From assembly GCA_965112155.1 (NCBI GenBank), contig OZ218099.1: a stretch of DNA of 64,000 bases; one strand, given 5' to 3'. The notes beneath the pieces are model-generated. The model searched no databases and was not told the origin of the DNA. It saw only the letters and a list, made by a program, of their open reading frames with translations. How positions within the stretch are numbered: position 1 is the first letter of the stretch; every line of letters begins with the position of its first letter. Shown piece by piece: positions 48,799 through 62,470 of the stretch. Made by a program: the position numbers and the translations under genes. The stretch is from Podarcis liolepis (Eukaryota).

Positions 48799-51700
48799 GC
48801 CCCTCCCTCGGAAAGCGGCTTGAGACTGCAAAAGCTTTTGCATGTCTTTTGTTTTCATTTTGTTTCTGTGGAACCTGTTTCACTACATTTGAGCATTTCT
48901 TTGCCATTTGACTTTATATCACATACCTCTCAAACCTTAACAATACAAGAAATTTGCTTGTGCTGTTTTACTGCATCAGTGTTACGCAGCGAGAACAAAT
49001 TGGTTTCCCCAGACAAATGCTGTACAGTAATTAGGTCTCCCAAATGCCCCACTGCAATAGAATTCAGTTTATTTTATGGTGTCACTTTTATAACAAATTT
49101 AGTCGAAGCATCTTGAATTCATCTGCACATTTGAGTAAAACAGCAAAGTTATTTCCGGTGTACTGTTTCAAAAATATCAGATGAATTATATCCAAGTGTC
49201 ATTCTGTGCATTCGGTGAGGATTAAAACAAGATGTAAGTTCTTTATTTTTTCACTTCTAAATCCTCCCAAGCTTGTTTGCCCTGATGTATTGAATGTGCT
49301 TTGCTCATATCAAGATCCATGGGCTGATAACATAAAGTTTCTTGTTTAATTGCCAGTAGCACTAAAGATGAAAAGTACTGCCCTTAATAATGATAATTGT
49401 GGTATTTTATGGGGAGAATCCTTTCCTAGTTTCCCTATGTACTTGGGACGTAATCAAGCTGTTCCCATCTTGATTAATCTCAAAGGACATTCTTAGAATT
49501 ATTTGCAGCCTGATTGTATGTTCCTTGGGCAGAGGATAGGTCACCTTTGCACACCTATCATCTTGGATCCCAGCTGGTCAGGTTCATGATACGTGACGTA
49601 AACAGACTCAAACAGGGAGCAAATTAGCTGAGAGCTTTTAACTACTCAAGTGAAAAATCACCCCTAAATTGGTTCCAGATGCATTGTTGTTCATAATCCA
49701 TTTAACTATGTATGTGAAATTGTATGCAGAGAGTTGCCGATCACTTGCAATGGTGTGGTCACTTACATTAATGGGACAGAATCACTGTAAATGTTCTGGG
49801 AGTCTACCCCCGAGTCTGAGGAAACAAAAATAACTCCATCCAACTCATTCTGTTTTACTACAAGCTTTGGAAAGAGTGATCTCCTTTGCTACAGATTTCC
49901 CCAATTGAATGCTAGCCTTTTAATTCCTTAAAAGGTGTAGCAGCTTCCTAATATTTCATTTCTTGGAAAGTATGAATTAAAATATTAATGTTCATCTGGT
50001 ACCTGCCAAGAGACTGTGGCTATTCCCATTAGATGGGAGCAGATTTTAGTGACAGAATGGAAGATTTTCAAAAGCGTTTCAAATTAAAAAAAGGAACAGT
50101 CTTGAAAAACTGCCTAAACATTTTTATGCAATAGGAGCAGTTTGTGATCTGTCAAGGAAACATCTATTTATATATAATATATACACACACACATTAATTT
50201 TTTTAAAATCATGTTAAGCTGAGATCTATTGTGTAAATATTTATTTAGGCAGCTTTTTAAAAAAAGAAATGAGCGTCTTACCTGATTAAAAAAAATTAGT
50301 AAAACAACATTCAGGTCTATTGGTTATAGATTTATATGTATAAATACTTTTTAAGCACCATATTTTGTACACAACAGATACGTTCTGGTAAGTATGTATT
50401 TAGACCATGAAATGTGTGGTTAAAATTTATTGAATGTCTAATATCTTTGGTAATAGATTTTTTTCCTCCAATATGCCAAAAGCGATAAGTGATCACAATT
50501 TACTCAACATTTTCAAATGGCTAAGCTGTGTTTAGAAAATTTGAGAAAACGAACCCTGATCTAAAAACCTTATGGAAGATCCAGAAAAGCATGTAGCTTT
50601 TTCTCTTCTTTGTTTTCCAGAATGCTCTCACATGCATAAATACACCACACTCATTTGTGTTGCAAATCCAAGCACTTATCCAACACTGGAGAGAATACAA
50701 TTCAATTTGGAGAGGATGTTCAGAGGGGGAAAAGGCCTTTTGGTGCATGTGCCTAACTTGGCACAGAGAACTGTATCAAGACACACATTTTGGCTTTTAT
50801 ACTACCCACTCCTAGCTGTATGTACAGCATGTAATATTGTGTGTCCAAATGAAATGCTCACTAATTCTTCACAGTTTCATGAGCCCATCAACTTTAAATC
50901 CTGCACTCTTGTGGGCACCTCTGTAATCCTTTCATGGTATGATTTCTTGGAAAGTATTCTCCAGATCGTTTATGGGTGGCTGAATCACTACATTCACATT
51001 CTTGGAAAAACATACTTATTTTCCATTTTAGTGTGGTGCTTTCCTTAATTATTATTATTTTTTAATTAAGGAGCTATTTCTCCGAAGTGCTTCACTGCTG
51101 TCAGACAATAGATGCACCTGGGTAGCATTTTTAATAGCTTGCCAGTTGTAGTGAGTAAACTGAGCCATTCTGTTCTCATCAAGTCAAGTGCTATTCACAG
51201 CAGAGGAGTCAACGGTCCAGCAGAGACTTCAGCACTATTTTTCAGTGCAAGTGAGAGATTGGCACATGTTCTCTTTCCCTTGTTCATTTTTAAATGTATC
51301 CCTTGTCGTAAAGAATAGCAGGTTTAGATGGTGGGCGTCACCACCATTCACTAAGATTTAAACACTCCCCGTTCCAGCGCACTTTTTAAACGATAGGTGG
51401 TAAAGCTCGCTAAATTTCATGCATCAAATGATTGCCTAAAAGAATAAATAATCTGTTTTGAGAATGTCTTATGTATCACGTACTCATAGTTCTAAAATCA
51501 GGAGTTGGAATGAATCTCTTGATAGTTAACAGTTTGTTAATAGTTTGAGAGAGCATTTCAAGCACAAAAATATGCAGCACATGATTTGTCTGAATAGATG
51601 TGTCTTGCATGGTAAAAGGTAAAATGAAATTTATATATCCTGCCATACTGTTCATTTCTTTGTAAGGTCTTCCTGCGTTGGATCAGTTAGAACTGGCAGA

Positions 51701-52360
51701 GTGTAGACACTTTATCATAGGCTGCCTTAGTAACTACAAAATGTTTTTATAATCTTCTAATATGCTAACTGTTCTAATGAACATGGTGTCTTGAAGATAA
51801 TGTGTAACTGAATATTTATTTCCATGTGAGTATTATGAAAGTTACCAAAGGACTGAAACTGACTTGGCACTCTTGCAGTTGACCCTGTGCATAAAGGATC
51901 TTATAAAGATCCTAAATTTGTAAAAATGACACAGAGTGGAAAAAAACACATTTCTTTGTGGATGCTAACTTTATTTTCCTAACAGGGTTATGCCATATTG
52001 TAACAACCTATGTTGCACCTCAAAACTTTGTTCTATCCACTAAATATTTTTCCTTCCCTCTAACAATTTCTTTGCTGCACATTTCTCAATCTTTTAAACA
52101 TGTTTTAACACATTTTATGGTCTTTAATTTTTCTGAAAATGTTGTCTAGACACTTTATGCTGAATTTTAATTGCCTCTGTAACCTTGAGATGGATACTGC
52201 AGCATTAAAATTGCTGTCTGTTTAAAACTTGAGGCTTCTTTCTGTGAGCCAGAAAGCTCATATAGCAGTGAAGTTATTTCAGTATTTATTATTGAATCCT
52301 TGGGGGTTCAGAATGTAACTTTGTACATGAAATATATATAAATATGTATATGAAACGCAT
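48799..52360 (+). other. SPAG9: SPAG9 3' UTR with several candidate poly(A) signals
   Basis: AT-rich and repeat-free. ATTAAA at 49221, AATAAA at 51443, ATTAAA at 52204 and TATAAA at 52337, the last with upstream TGTA and a downstream GT/T-rich tract. The 3' end is inferred. Confidence 0.65.
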
Positions 52361-52731
52361 CCTTGCTTTAGTGTCTTTCTTACACCCCTGTGATGAGGTT
52401 ATAATAATTAAGGATTTATTCCATCTTGTCAGAAATAGCTTTTTGCAAGAGTAATGCAAAGATGACCACAGATTGATTTTTATGCTGTCATGTATTCAGC
52501 ATGTATTTGTGTGGTTAAGGAAATGTAGGTGGTTACACCTATGCAACCCCATACTTTACCTGACCAAATTGGCCATGGTAACAGCCACTTAACAACAATA
52601 ATGAAAAGACAAAACTCCAAATGTCATTTTGTAAGCACCCATTGATTCATATTGTTGAAGTATGTAAGGTCTTCATGTCATTATTGGGTAGAAGAGATGC
52701 ATGGAGAAAGGAGGACTCAAGGCACCCTTTG

Positions 52732-52862
52732 TAATAATAATAATAATAATTTATTATTTATCCCCTGCCCATCTGGCTGGGTTTCCACAGCCACTCTGTG
52801 CGGCTTCCAACAGAATATTAAAATACAATAGTCTATTAAACATTAAAAGCTTCCCTAAACAG
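52732..52862 (-). mobile_element. L2-type 3' tail fragment
   Basis: Reverse-complement match to ~10935-11074, with a (TAA)n tail. Confidence 0.8.
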
Positions 52863-54822
52863 TGCTTTCTAGCAGGTACCTTGCACCCCCATTAACTGTA
52901 TGTAATAAGAATATCATGTGGCTAACCTAAAAGCCTTATATATCAATCTCTTATCTCATAGGATTCCTCTTAGATAACAATTGTATCAGCCATTTTATTT
53001 TTGTTCTTACATTTACCATCTTTCCCTCAAGGATTTCTACCCACCTTATCCTCACAAGAAACCTATTCCATAGGCAAAGCTGAGAGAGAGTGATTTGCCC
53101 TGGTGAATTTTGTAGCTGAGCAGAGATGTGAAACCGGTTCTTCATAGTCCAAGTCTAACACTCTATCCCAGTTTACACACACTGGTTTACCATGAATACA
53201 TCAGTCTGGGCTCTCTTGCTCCTCCTCACTAGGTGCACAAAAGAAACAGCAACCCCTGATTTAGCATTATGTCTGAACCAGAGATTGTGGATTTTGGGGG
53301 AGCAAACAATCCATGGCTTTGGATCAGACATAGTGCTAAATCAGGGATTACTTTCTGCAACTAGTGGGAAGGAACAAAGTGGTTAAGATCAGCAGGTATG
53401 TGGTAAAAATGTAGATTTGCAAACCAAGCTCAGTCTTATTATCACTTAGACTTGCAATTTAAAACCCTGGATTTACTTTCCTCATATTTTGAGAGAGATG
53501 CAACAAGAGAAATGTGTATGGGGTCCCAGCATTCTGGTCTAGTGATCTGTGGATTATAATTAGTCAACTGACAGGTAAAATGAGTATTGTACTTCAAAAC
53601 CAGAGTTCATCCTTTTGAGTGCTAGGAAGTGCTCTGTGGTGTAACCATTACAAAGATTAATCTGAAGACGATTATGGTGCTGTTCTGCCATCACTTCCCT
53701 AGAAAAATCTGCATATACTACAGATCATACTCTATTCTCAGGTGATACCATAAATTTATGGCACCCCATGCTTCGCCCCAGTGATGTCCAAAAGTAGTGA
53801 TTGGCCACTAGGTCGTAAATCAATCTTTTGAGTGTCAGCATTTGAGAATAGGATTCCCAGCAGAATACTTTGTGTTCAAATTACCAAAGGTTAAACTTTA
53901 CCCTCCCAAGGAAAATTTGTGTTTCTAGTAATGTTTTTTTTTTTTAAGTGTTAACTTCCGAAGTTCAAAGAGGACAGTTAGTATAATTGGGTTTTGTCAG
54001 TTCCCAGCAAAGTATTTCCATATCTGGCGGAAATTCCCTTAGTTTGTTACATGAGCACTTCTGTCAGAGAAATCCAGTTTGCAGTTTTAAAAACTCAGTT
54101 CCACCATTCATTATCTTTGTTTCCCTCCAACATCATTTCTCTTCATTAAATAGATGGCCCTCACATGCCAAAAATTAGCTGATGAATCATAGCCTAAGCA
54201 TGAGTAGGATTTCCCTCATGACTGCAGCTGCGATGGAAAAGTTGGGTGTTACTTTTTTCTGTCCATGTTGCCAAACTGCTCGACTTGGCAGTTAAGCCAG
54301 TTTGCACGATGGGCTGTTGGAGTCTCTCAAGTGAAAATACAAATCAGCTTATTAAGGTCAAGAGGAGAATGTGAGACTTTGAATGAGGTCTGATTTGCCT
54401 CTTATAGCAAAGTCTCTTTACAAAAGTAAAAGTTTCTGCTTCTGTGTTTGGCATCACCTGTTACACAAGAGCTTTATTTTGATTTTTAACAAGCAGTTAA
54501 AATGTTGGACATTGAAATATATATTTTCTGGAAGATTATAAGGAAAAGTAAGTCATTTCCTGCAAATGAGATGTTTCTGTTTCTTTGGGCTTGCAGTACC
54601 TTAGTGGCCCCAAAAAAGGATGCAGAGGTGTGAAGACAGAGGGCCGAACTTAATGGGACATGCCAGTCATACGCCTCTATTTTTAAACCAAAACAGCCTC
54701 TGGAAGCTGTGAGCTTGAACAGAGGAAGGGAACAGACACAGAGAGAGTTGGCTGCTTAATCCTGTCCCTCATTCTTTCCATTTAAGATCCCTCTCACTTT
54801 TCTCAACTGCTTTTCTGCCTGC

Positions 54823-54825
<3 letters not shown>

Positions 54826-54855
<30 letters not shown>
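54826..54855. repeat. (AC)n microsatellite
   Basis: Read directly from the sequence. Confidence 0.9.
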
Positions 54856-54856
<1 letters not shown>

Positions 54857-56478
54857 GTGTGCCTGTATATATATTTTTCCCTTCACGGGAGAAAAAATGA
54901 ACTAAAGGATTATTTTGGCCAGAAAAAAAATGGCTTAAGATAAAAGGGTTAAGGAGTCGCTTCTCTCCTTCCACCCCCATTTCTCTGTTCAAGCTCAGGC
55001 TTCCCCCATGCTGCTTTTGGTTTAAAAATAAAGTTGAAAGATAAACCCGATGTACCTCTGTCACTCCTTATCTTGGCTTGCCCTTGAACAAATCAGGAAG
55101 CAGTCGCAAGTTATTTGTGGTTTCAGCATGACTCTTCACCCATCTAAGTGGTGTCCTCCCTCCTATGGCAGACGGCCTGATAGGTTGCTGGCATCATTTC
55201 TCAGATTGCAAAGCCGCCCTCCCCAGCCCCTTATGGGTGCTATTGTAATCTGAGACACGAGTTGGAGTGGGGGAAGGGACCTAAACAGCATTGTGTATCT
55301 TATTGGTAATATGCCTAGAAAACAGTCAACTATGGCTGCTGCAGCGTCAGTTACCTCAGGCTGCAGATTAAGGAGTTTGTTACTATCCCATCTGCCTCAG
55401 ACTACGGCCTAGCCTGTTTGTGAAGCATTATAGCATTTATTTACTGTATTTTTAAAAAATAAATTTTCTAAATGACTTAGGGACACCCCCCCAAAAAAAA
55501 GAAAGTTGCAGATTTTAAATAAAAGACACGGGGGGAGGATTGGGAACTAGAGAGCCTGAAGAGGGAGAGGGGGAAATACCCTAGTCTCAGGTTCCTCTGG
55601 GCCCACAGGTCTTGATTATTTAACAGATACAACCTGTTTGAGGTTGAGTGACAAGATGAAGCTGCCACTGCTTCTCAGATAGTTGTTAAAGGAGACCGTG
55701 TGGGGCAAACAGGAGCTGCTCTTCCAGGACTTGAGGTAAAAGAGTAGGAAGGTAAGGACAGAAATACTTTAAGGTTGCTTTTTAGAAAGGTGTCAGGATG
55801 TTCAAAGCTGAGGAGCAAACCTGGAACCAAGCCAGGGCTATAGACTCTGATTTCTGAAGTATTTTAGAAGTCAAAGCCCACAAAAGTGCAGTGTCTTTAC
55901 CACAGTGCCTTCTAAAATAAATGGGTAGCTCTCTCCTCTTAAGGATTAGTCCAAAATTTTGTTTCCTGTTGTTGCCAATTTCACTCATTTTTACTACCGA
56001 CAACCAAGTTGCTCTAGAAAACGTCCTCAAAGGCATTGACCACAGCCACAATTTTGGGTAAATAAGCTAGGTTTGTCATGAGACACTTATTTCCAGAGCT
56101 GTTTGGAGAATGAGTGGATTTTAATACCAAGAGTTGCCACCATTTTGTGACTAAATGTTCTCTGACATCTGTATAACATCTGTCTATCCATGTGAAGCTT
56201 CTCTTGGGACAGCAAGTGTGGTGATAGGTTTTAGCTGTTTGATTTTCACCTGAATTGTAGCTGTGGTTATGTAATAAAAATACAGCATTTTTTAGCAAGC
56301 AGTCCTGTTATTATTTCAGGGTGGGTGGGACAGAGGATTACGGCAGAAGTATTTTGACTCTTGGCACTGATCAGTGAAACGAGAAAGTGTGGTAGCTTCC
56401 ACCATTCGGTTTCACAGGCTCCTAAAACAGGCCATTTTAATAAACCGCTTAGCGGTTCTTGCAGCCAAGCGGTATATA

Positions 56479-56840
56479 GGTAAAGGTAAAGGTACCCCTG
56501 CCCGTACAGGCCAGTCTTGACAGACTCTAGGGTTGTGCGCCCATCTCACTTAAGAGGCCGGGGGCCAGCGCTGTCCGCAGACACTTCCAGGTCACGTGGC
56601 CAGCGTGACAAGCTGCATCTGGCGAGCCAGCACAGCACACAGAAACGCCGTTTACCTTCCCGCTAGTAAGCGGTCCCTATTTATCTACTTGCACCCGGGG
56701 GTGCTTTCAAACTGCTAGGTTGGCAGGTGCTGGGACCAAGCAATGGGAGCGCACCCCGCCGCGGGGATTCGAACCGCCGACCTGACAATCGGCAAGTCCT
56801 AGGCACTGAGGTTTTACCCACAGCGCCACCCGCATCCCTT
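56479..56840 (-). mobile_element. Full-length Sauria SINE (different subfamily) nested in an older LINE/SINE tail
   Basis: (GGTAAA)n tail and tRNA-like head; TSD AAGCGGT at 56467-56473 and 56841-56847. Confidence 0.88.
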
Positions 56841-57336
56841 AAGCGGTTATACATTTTATTAAATACATAAATATTGTTGAAGGAGAGGCTTCATTTGTAA
56901 AGAAGCCGAGGATTGTAGGAAGTATCTCGCAGCCAGATAGTTTTAAAATGGCTTTTGTAGATACTGTGAGGAAATAAAGGAAGCCGGACGAGTGAGTGGA
57001 GGTTCTGGGAGACATGGAACAAGACATGGGTGGGAGGAATTAGACTGAGTACATAGACACATCAGACTCCATTCTTTAGGATTTGTGGCTGCAAAATCCT
57101 ATCCGTGCTTCAGCTTTTTGTCAAATGGATACATGTGCAAATAAATTGTTATGGACTCTTATTTGGCATATCTGTAAATGCCATTCATGTTGACTACTGG
57201 ACTATTCAGAACAGGTAAGTAGGTTCTTTATACTCAAGACCGTGCAAACCTTGTAATAGGCCCAGGCCAGATGGGAGATGTAGGCCCCATTTCAATAATC
57301 TTTACCAGTGTTCCCCCTTTGCATCTACTAGGGCAG

Positions 57337-57677
57337 ACCCTCCAAGTGTCCCTATTTTCCAGGGGCGTCCCTGATTTAAAGAAGCCGTCCCAGTTTCTGA
57401 TTTGATCCCAGAATGTCCCACTTTTCCTTAGGATGTCCCTATTTTCATATGAGAAAGTTGGAGGGTATGGAGTTATGCAACCCCTGAGCCGCCTGAAGGC
57501 AATCCTGTATAGGGAAGTTTTTGTTTTAATGTTTAATGTTTTATTGTGTTTTTATATATGTTGGAAGCTGCCCAGAGTGGTTGGGGCAACCCAGTAAGAT
57601 GTGTGGGGTATAAATAATAAAATTATCCTTATGGAATGGGATGTCCCTATTTCCATTGGAGAAATGTTGGAGGGTAT
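57337..57677. mobile_element. Composite MITE (accctccaa...ttggagggt ends) containing an L2 3' tail (~57490-57626)
   Basis: Short TIRs, repeated gtccctattttc units and an internal gctgcccagagtggttgggg L2 tail. Confidence 0.65.
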
Positions 57678-60600
57678 ACCAGGGAGTCTTGGAGTAGGCC
57701 CCCTCAAAATCATAGGCCCATGTCAATTGGCACTCCTGCCCCCCCCCCCGAAAAAAAATTCTGGCTCATTAACCATTACTGAAAGCAGCTCAGTTTTTCT
57801 CAGGCTGCTTGCAGACCACAACACAGGCAGGTTTGAGGAGATTTTACACAATTTCTGTGAGCTTTATCACAACAACACTTGAATTGTGTTTCTTTTTGGT
57901 CTTGTAACCTAATGAAAGTGTTTAGATTGAGGAGGCTAAAACTATTAATTGACATTCAAGAGGCCATGGGTAGAATTCAGTGTAGCACTAGGTGGGTAAT
58001 GAGGTCTGCTCACAAAACTGGACTCCTCACCCCCTTGCACCCCCTAAACCTGCTCTGAGTGTTCCTCCAATTTCCCAGAGCATGTTTAGGGGGCGCGGAG
58101 GGCAAGAGTTCTGAGGTATTTCTGAGACATCTACCAAGATCAAGTAATTCTGGCATTATTAAATTAACCTTGTGAACGTTATTTATTTAGAACCATTAAT
58201 CAACTGCTTAATATTTAAAACACCTCCATGTGGTAAATAATAGAAAAACAAAACAAATACAACGTAAACCAATAAAACAGCAGTAGAAAAACATGTAAGA
58301 GCATATAAAAGCAAAAATAATAATAATCAAGGGACTCAGACAGGTTCTAGTCTTATGGGTCTAGGAATATATATTCTTTAGAAATTATGTTCAAATGCAT
58401 TTATCAAACTACTAGCAAGGGGAGCCTTGGCTACAAAGATCAGCAGTAATAAAATAGGTGTAGATTCCATCTGCCTAAAATACATATTGAAGACTTAGAC
58501 TACTACAATCATTGTCATTCCTGCTGAACACAAGATGGCACTCTTGCATATTCCTACACAACATTCAATATTAATTTCCTTCTCTGCTAATCTTCCTAAT
58601 TCATGTTCTCTCTCTTCATACCAGTTTGAAAAGACATGAGTATATATATTGGTTTACACAATGCCTGGAAATAACACAGTGGTGAGAGGCTGAAATAAAC
58701 ATGTTTATCTTTTAGCTGGATCACCTATTCTAAAGAAAACTGCTATGCATGAATGGCAAAAGCAATAAAGGGACTGTCAGTAATTAAAAGGACACTTAGT
58801 TTGAAACCCTGCCTCTTTCAATTATCTGAAGCAATCCTCTTATCCATTATGGAAAAATCACAACACAACGTTATTACATAAGAGCATAGTATATTACAAC
58901 ACACAATGTCCTGGTATGCAACCTCAAACCTTGTTTGTGTACATATATAGTTCCCATGTTCCCTGAAGGCTGCTGTGGTTTCCTATGTAATTTCATTTGA
59001 GGGAGAGAATGGTTCTACGTATCCAAACTGATAATTAGTGGTATGACATAAGAGATACATGTATAAAGGCTGCCTGTTCTTTCCCTTTTCTTGTCCTGAA
59101 ACATTTGAGGATGATTTGGCTGCTCAGGAAGTAGCAAGAACTTCCTGAGTGCATTCTCTATTGGGCAAATTAAATGCTCTGGCCTTCTTAGTTTTACAGG
59201 GATGATGAACCAATATCTGGCACTGCAGATATTGTTGGATTCCAGCTCCCATCAGCCCCAGCCATCAAGGACAATAGTCATAGGAATGATGGGTGTCTGA
59301 AAAGTCCATAGTTCCTAATCCCAAAAGATTACGCAAGGGACTTTGTGTTGAAGTTTGTAAAATTATGAATGATGGAAGGGGAAGTGCAGGAGATGGAGTC
59401 TCTCTCTTGCAGTACTAGAACTTTAACTTCTGGAATTTACTACCTCAAAATGTGATTATGGCTCATGCTGGCTGGTGTGCATTGTGACTGGTAGGCACAA
59501 GGTGGGAAAACCAACGGTAGCTGCAGCCAGAGCCAATGACGGGCAGTGCCAACTCATTCTAGTTTTGTCCCCATTCACTTTCTTGCTGAGCTCCACAAAG
59601 GCAACACTGAGTGCCACCCTCTGCACTGGTTATATGTAAGAAGGCAGGCAAGTCGGGGTTGGCTGAGGTTGGTTGGGCAATGTCCCATGTGCTCAAATGG
59701 ACCAGCCTCCCAGCTTACTTTATTTTTTAATAAAGAGATTAGACAAAAACACTAGGAATGGTGTCTCTCAATGGTATGTTAATCATGGCAGCTAAATGGA
59801 ACCTCGGTGTGCAGAGACGGCATATTTCTGAGTAGCAGGTGCTGACAATAAACAATAGGGAAGGCTATCATCTTTGTGCCCTGCTTGTGTGTGCTCAGAG
59901 CTTATCTGTCTGGCTGATCTTGGAACAGACTGAATAGATGGATAGTTCGTTTGATCCAGCAGTGCCATTCTTATTCATCTGTAATCAGGCACTAGCTTAT
60001 ACAGCCTTGTCTGCTTGAGTGGTTGCCATCCCAAACTTGGAACATACTGCATATTTGTTTAGCCAACGAGCAGGATCCAAGCGTGCCTATGGTGTGGTCC
60101 AAGAACAAGCACTTCAGGAGAAGCATAAGCTTATCATTGTATCATTCCCCCTTCACGTAACACTTGAAAGAGGGAACAGGTGGTCTCCCTAAGCTTACCT
60201 GGCTGTTAGACCTATGGCAGCAAAATGCATATCTGGGGCCCTCTTGTTACACTTGCTGTCAATAGGCTGGCTGTTCGGTTTTGGCATCTCATGAATGTGC
60301 TTTTCACCATACGACATGCATTCCAGGGCAAAGGGACGAACCTGGGATTTCTAGATAAACAGTATTTTTTTAAAAAACCCACAAAGAGCCAAAAATGTCA
60401 GAAATAAGGGATGCTCATTATAAACTATTAAAAATGTGCATTTCACATACTTTCATTTCGTTTTTTGCACGTTTGTTTTAAAAAGCAAGGTGATGCATCA
60501 CAACTATTAAAAAAAAGTTGCCCCCCCTTTCCCAAAGTAAGAACATAATTGCAGGCCTGAACTGCCACTTTCAGTGTCATATCCTGTCTTCATATAATGG

Positions 60601-61635
60601 AGGAGTAAGTGAGAGTAATGCTGTGCAAAATTTCCAAAGTACCGTGCTTGATTAATTTATTAGTATTTTTAATCGACTGAAAAAACCATCGGTAATTAAT
60701 TGGGCAGCAAATTTAATTATCAACTAAAATTTGTGTGGTCAGTTACAATAATTTTGTAGGTAGGTTGCAGCCCTACTCCCCCCCCCATGTGGTCCAGGAA
60801 ACAAACAGTCCCTGGATCTGTACCTCAAACAGAGAGAGGGAATCTGATGTCCTCTGGATGTTGCTTGGAATACAACTCTCACTACACATGATGATTGGCC
60901 ATGCTGAGTAGGCCTGACAGGAGTTGGAGTCCAATATTATTTGCAGGACCATAAGTACCTTATCCCTGACCTGGAACCATCCAGCCCCCCTGTGTTTTCC
61001 AGAGAGGAAAAGTTTAGCCAGAGAACACAACAGCCTGCTCATGCTATTCATTTTAAAAACCATTTAACTCTTGTCTCAGGTACGAAACTCTAGAAACTGA
61101 TTCTGTTAAGGGGTTAGAACTCCTTTCACCTCCACAAAACTTCTCTTCCAAGCAGGGCTGGCCCACCCATGAGGTGGAGCGAAGCAGCCACCCCAGATGG
61201 CAGAAACACAAGAGGTGGTGCCCCCACAAGTGGCTGCCCACCCTGTTGCCACCACTGAAGCAACACAGGTATGGGAGGTTTCAGCAGCGGCAGAGTGGTC
61301 TGCCATTGGCCTCCCCTGCCCCTAGGGGCAGAGAGAGACCGGAGGCAAAGCTCTGCAGAACACCTCCCCTCCTGGTAAGATAGCAAGGGAAGGTGTTATA
61401 CTGTCCAGCTTTGCTGCTGGGTAGGAAGGGAGGTTCGGAAAGGGCTCCTCCTTAAGGAGATCTTCCTCCCACCCCAGCCTAATGGGGAGAAGAGGCTTTG
61501 CAAGCAGTGGCATTGCATCCTTTTCTGGCACCCGGGGTCAGGAAATCTACCGCGCCAGGCCAGGCATGCGCTTACGGGGTGCGGAGGGTTCACAGAGCCT
61601 GCACGCCAGCTCAGCCCTGGCCACCAGAGCCGAGC

Positions 61636-61637
<2 letters not shown>

Positions 61638-61677
<40 letters not shown>
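61638..61677. repeat. (GT)n microsatellite
   Basis: Read directly from the sequence. Confidence 0.95.
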
Positions 61678-61678
<1 letters not shown>

Positions 61679-62426
61679 TTTGAGTGGGAAAACAGCTAGT
61701 AGGGAAAGAGTTGAGAATCTGCTCTTCTTCTGAAACTATTTTTATTTTATTTTTTTTAAAAAACTGTTGGAATAATGTTTATAGGATTTAGACTCAAGGG
61801 ATATATAGATAGTTCAGCGCTGATGGTAAGAGGTGGTTTGTTTGTTTTTCATTCTCCTTTTCAGGCCATAAAATAATAAAACATTAAGAAGTTCTGCACC
61901 TGTAGGTCTTTTCCATGCTGAAAGGTATGTGGCTCTCCAGAGCAAGTGGAACATAGCAATTGCTGGCAGTTTTGCCTTTTTCTTGGTTGGAACTTGCCCC
62001 GTTCTGCCAGTGACTATTTGTAGACAAAAAGGGGTCTATGCTAAAAGTGGCAGCTCTAGAAAAAGTGTATCTCAGATTTTAATTCTCTGGCCGGATTCCC
62101 AGACTCCACATCTGCTTTTCACTTCTACCTTTCAGTATTCAGAGGCCGGGAGCTCATGCTGAGAGAATGCAGAATCAGCAGCCCAGTGGTTGTTAAATGG
62201 GTGAAAGAGTGAGGACTTACCCAGATGAGCAGTGAGTGTATCCTCTAAATACATTTTTGGGCCTTTGTCTTTGCAAGTCCCTTATTTAAAGCTAACAGTA
62301 CAATATCCAAATAATGTATGGTTGTGGATGGGGAGAGGTGAGGGGAAGACATTGCTTTTTTCTCTCCTGTTATACATAGGATTAGATACATACTATTGCA
62401 TTGGAAATGTTCTTGCAAATATATAA

Positions 62427-62427
<1 letters not shown>

Positions 62428-62468
<41 letters not shown>
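62428..62468. repeat. (GT)n microsatellite
   Basis: Read directly from the sequence. Confidence 0.95.

Positions 62469-62470
<2 letters not shown>

Noticed and set aside
50572-51048. 158-aa ORF in the 3' UTR
   Set aside because: No recognisable homology and UTR-like composition; it would need Ribo-seq support
61100-61640. GC-richer patch with many short ORFs as a possible gene start
   Set aside because: No exon chain or convincing CpG island; part of it looks repeat-derived
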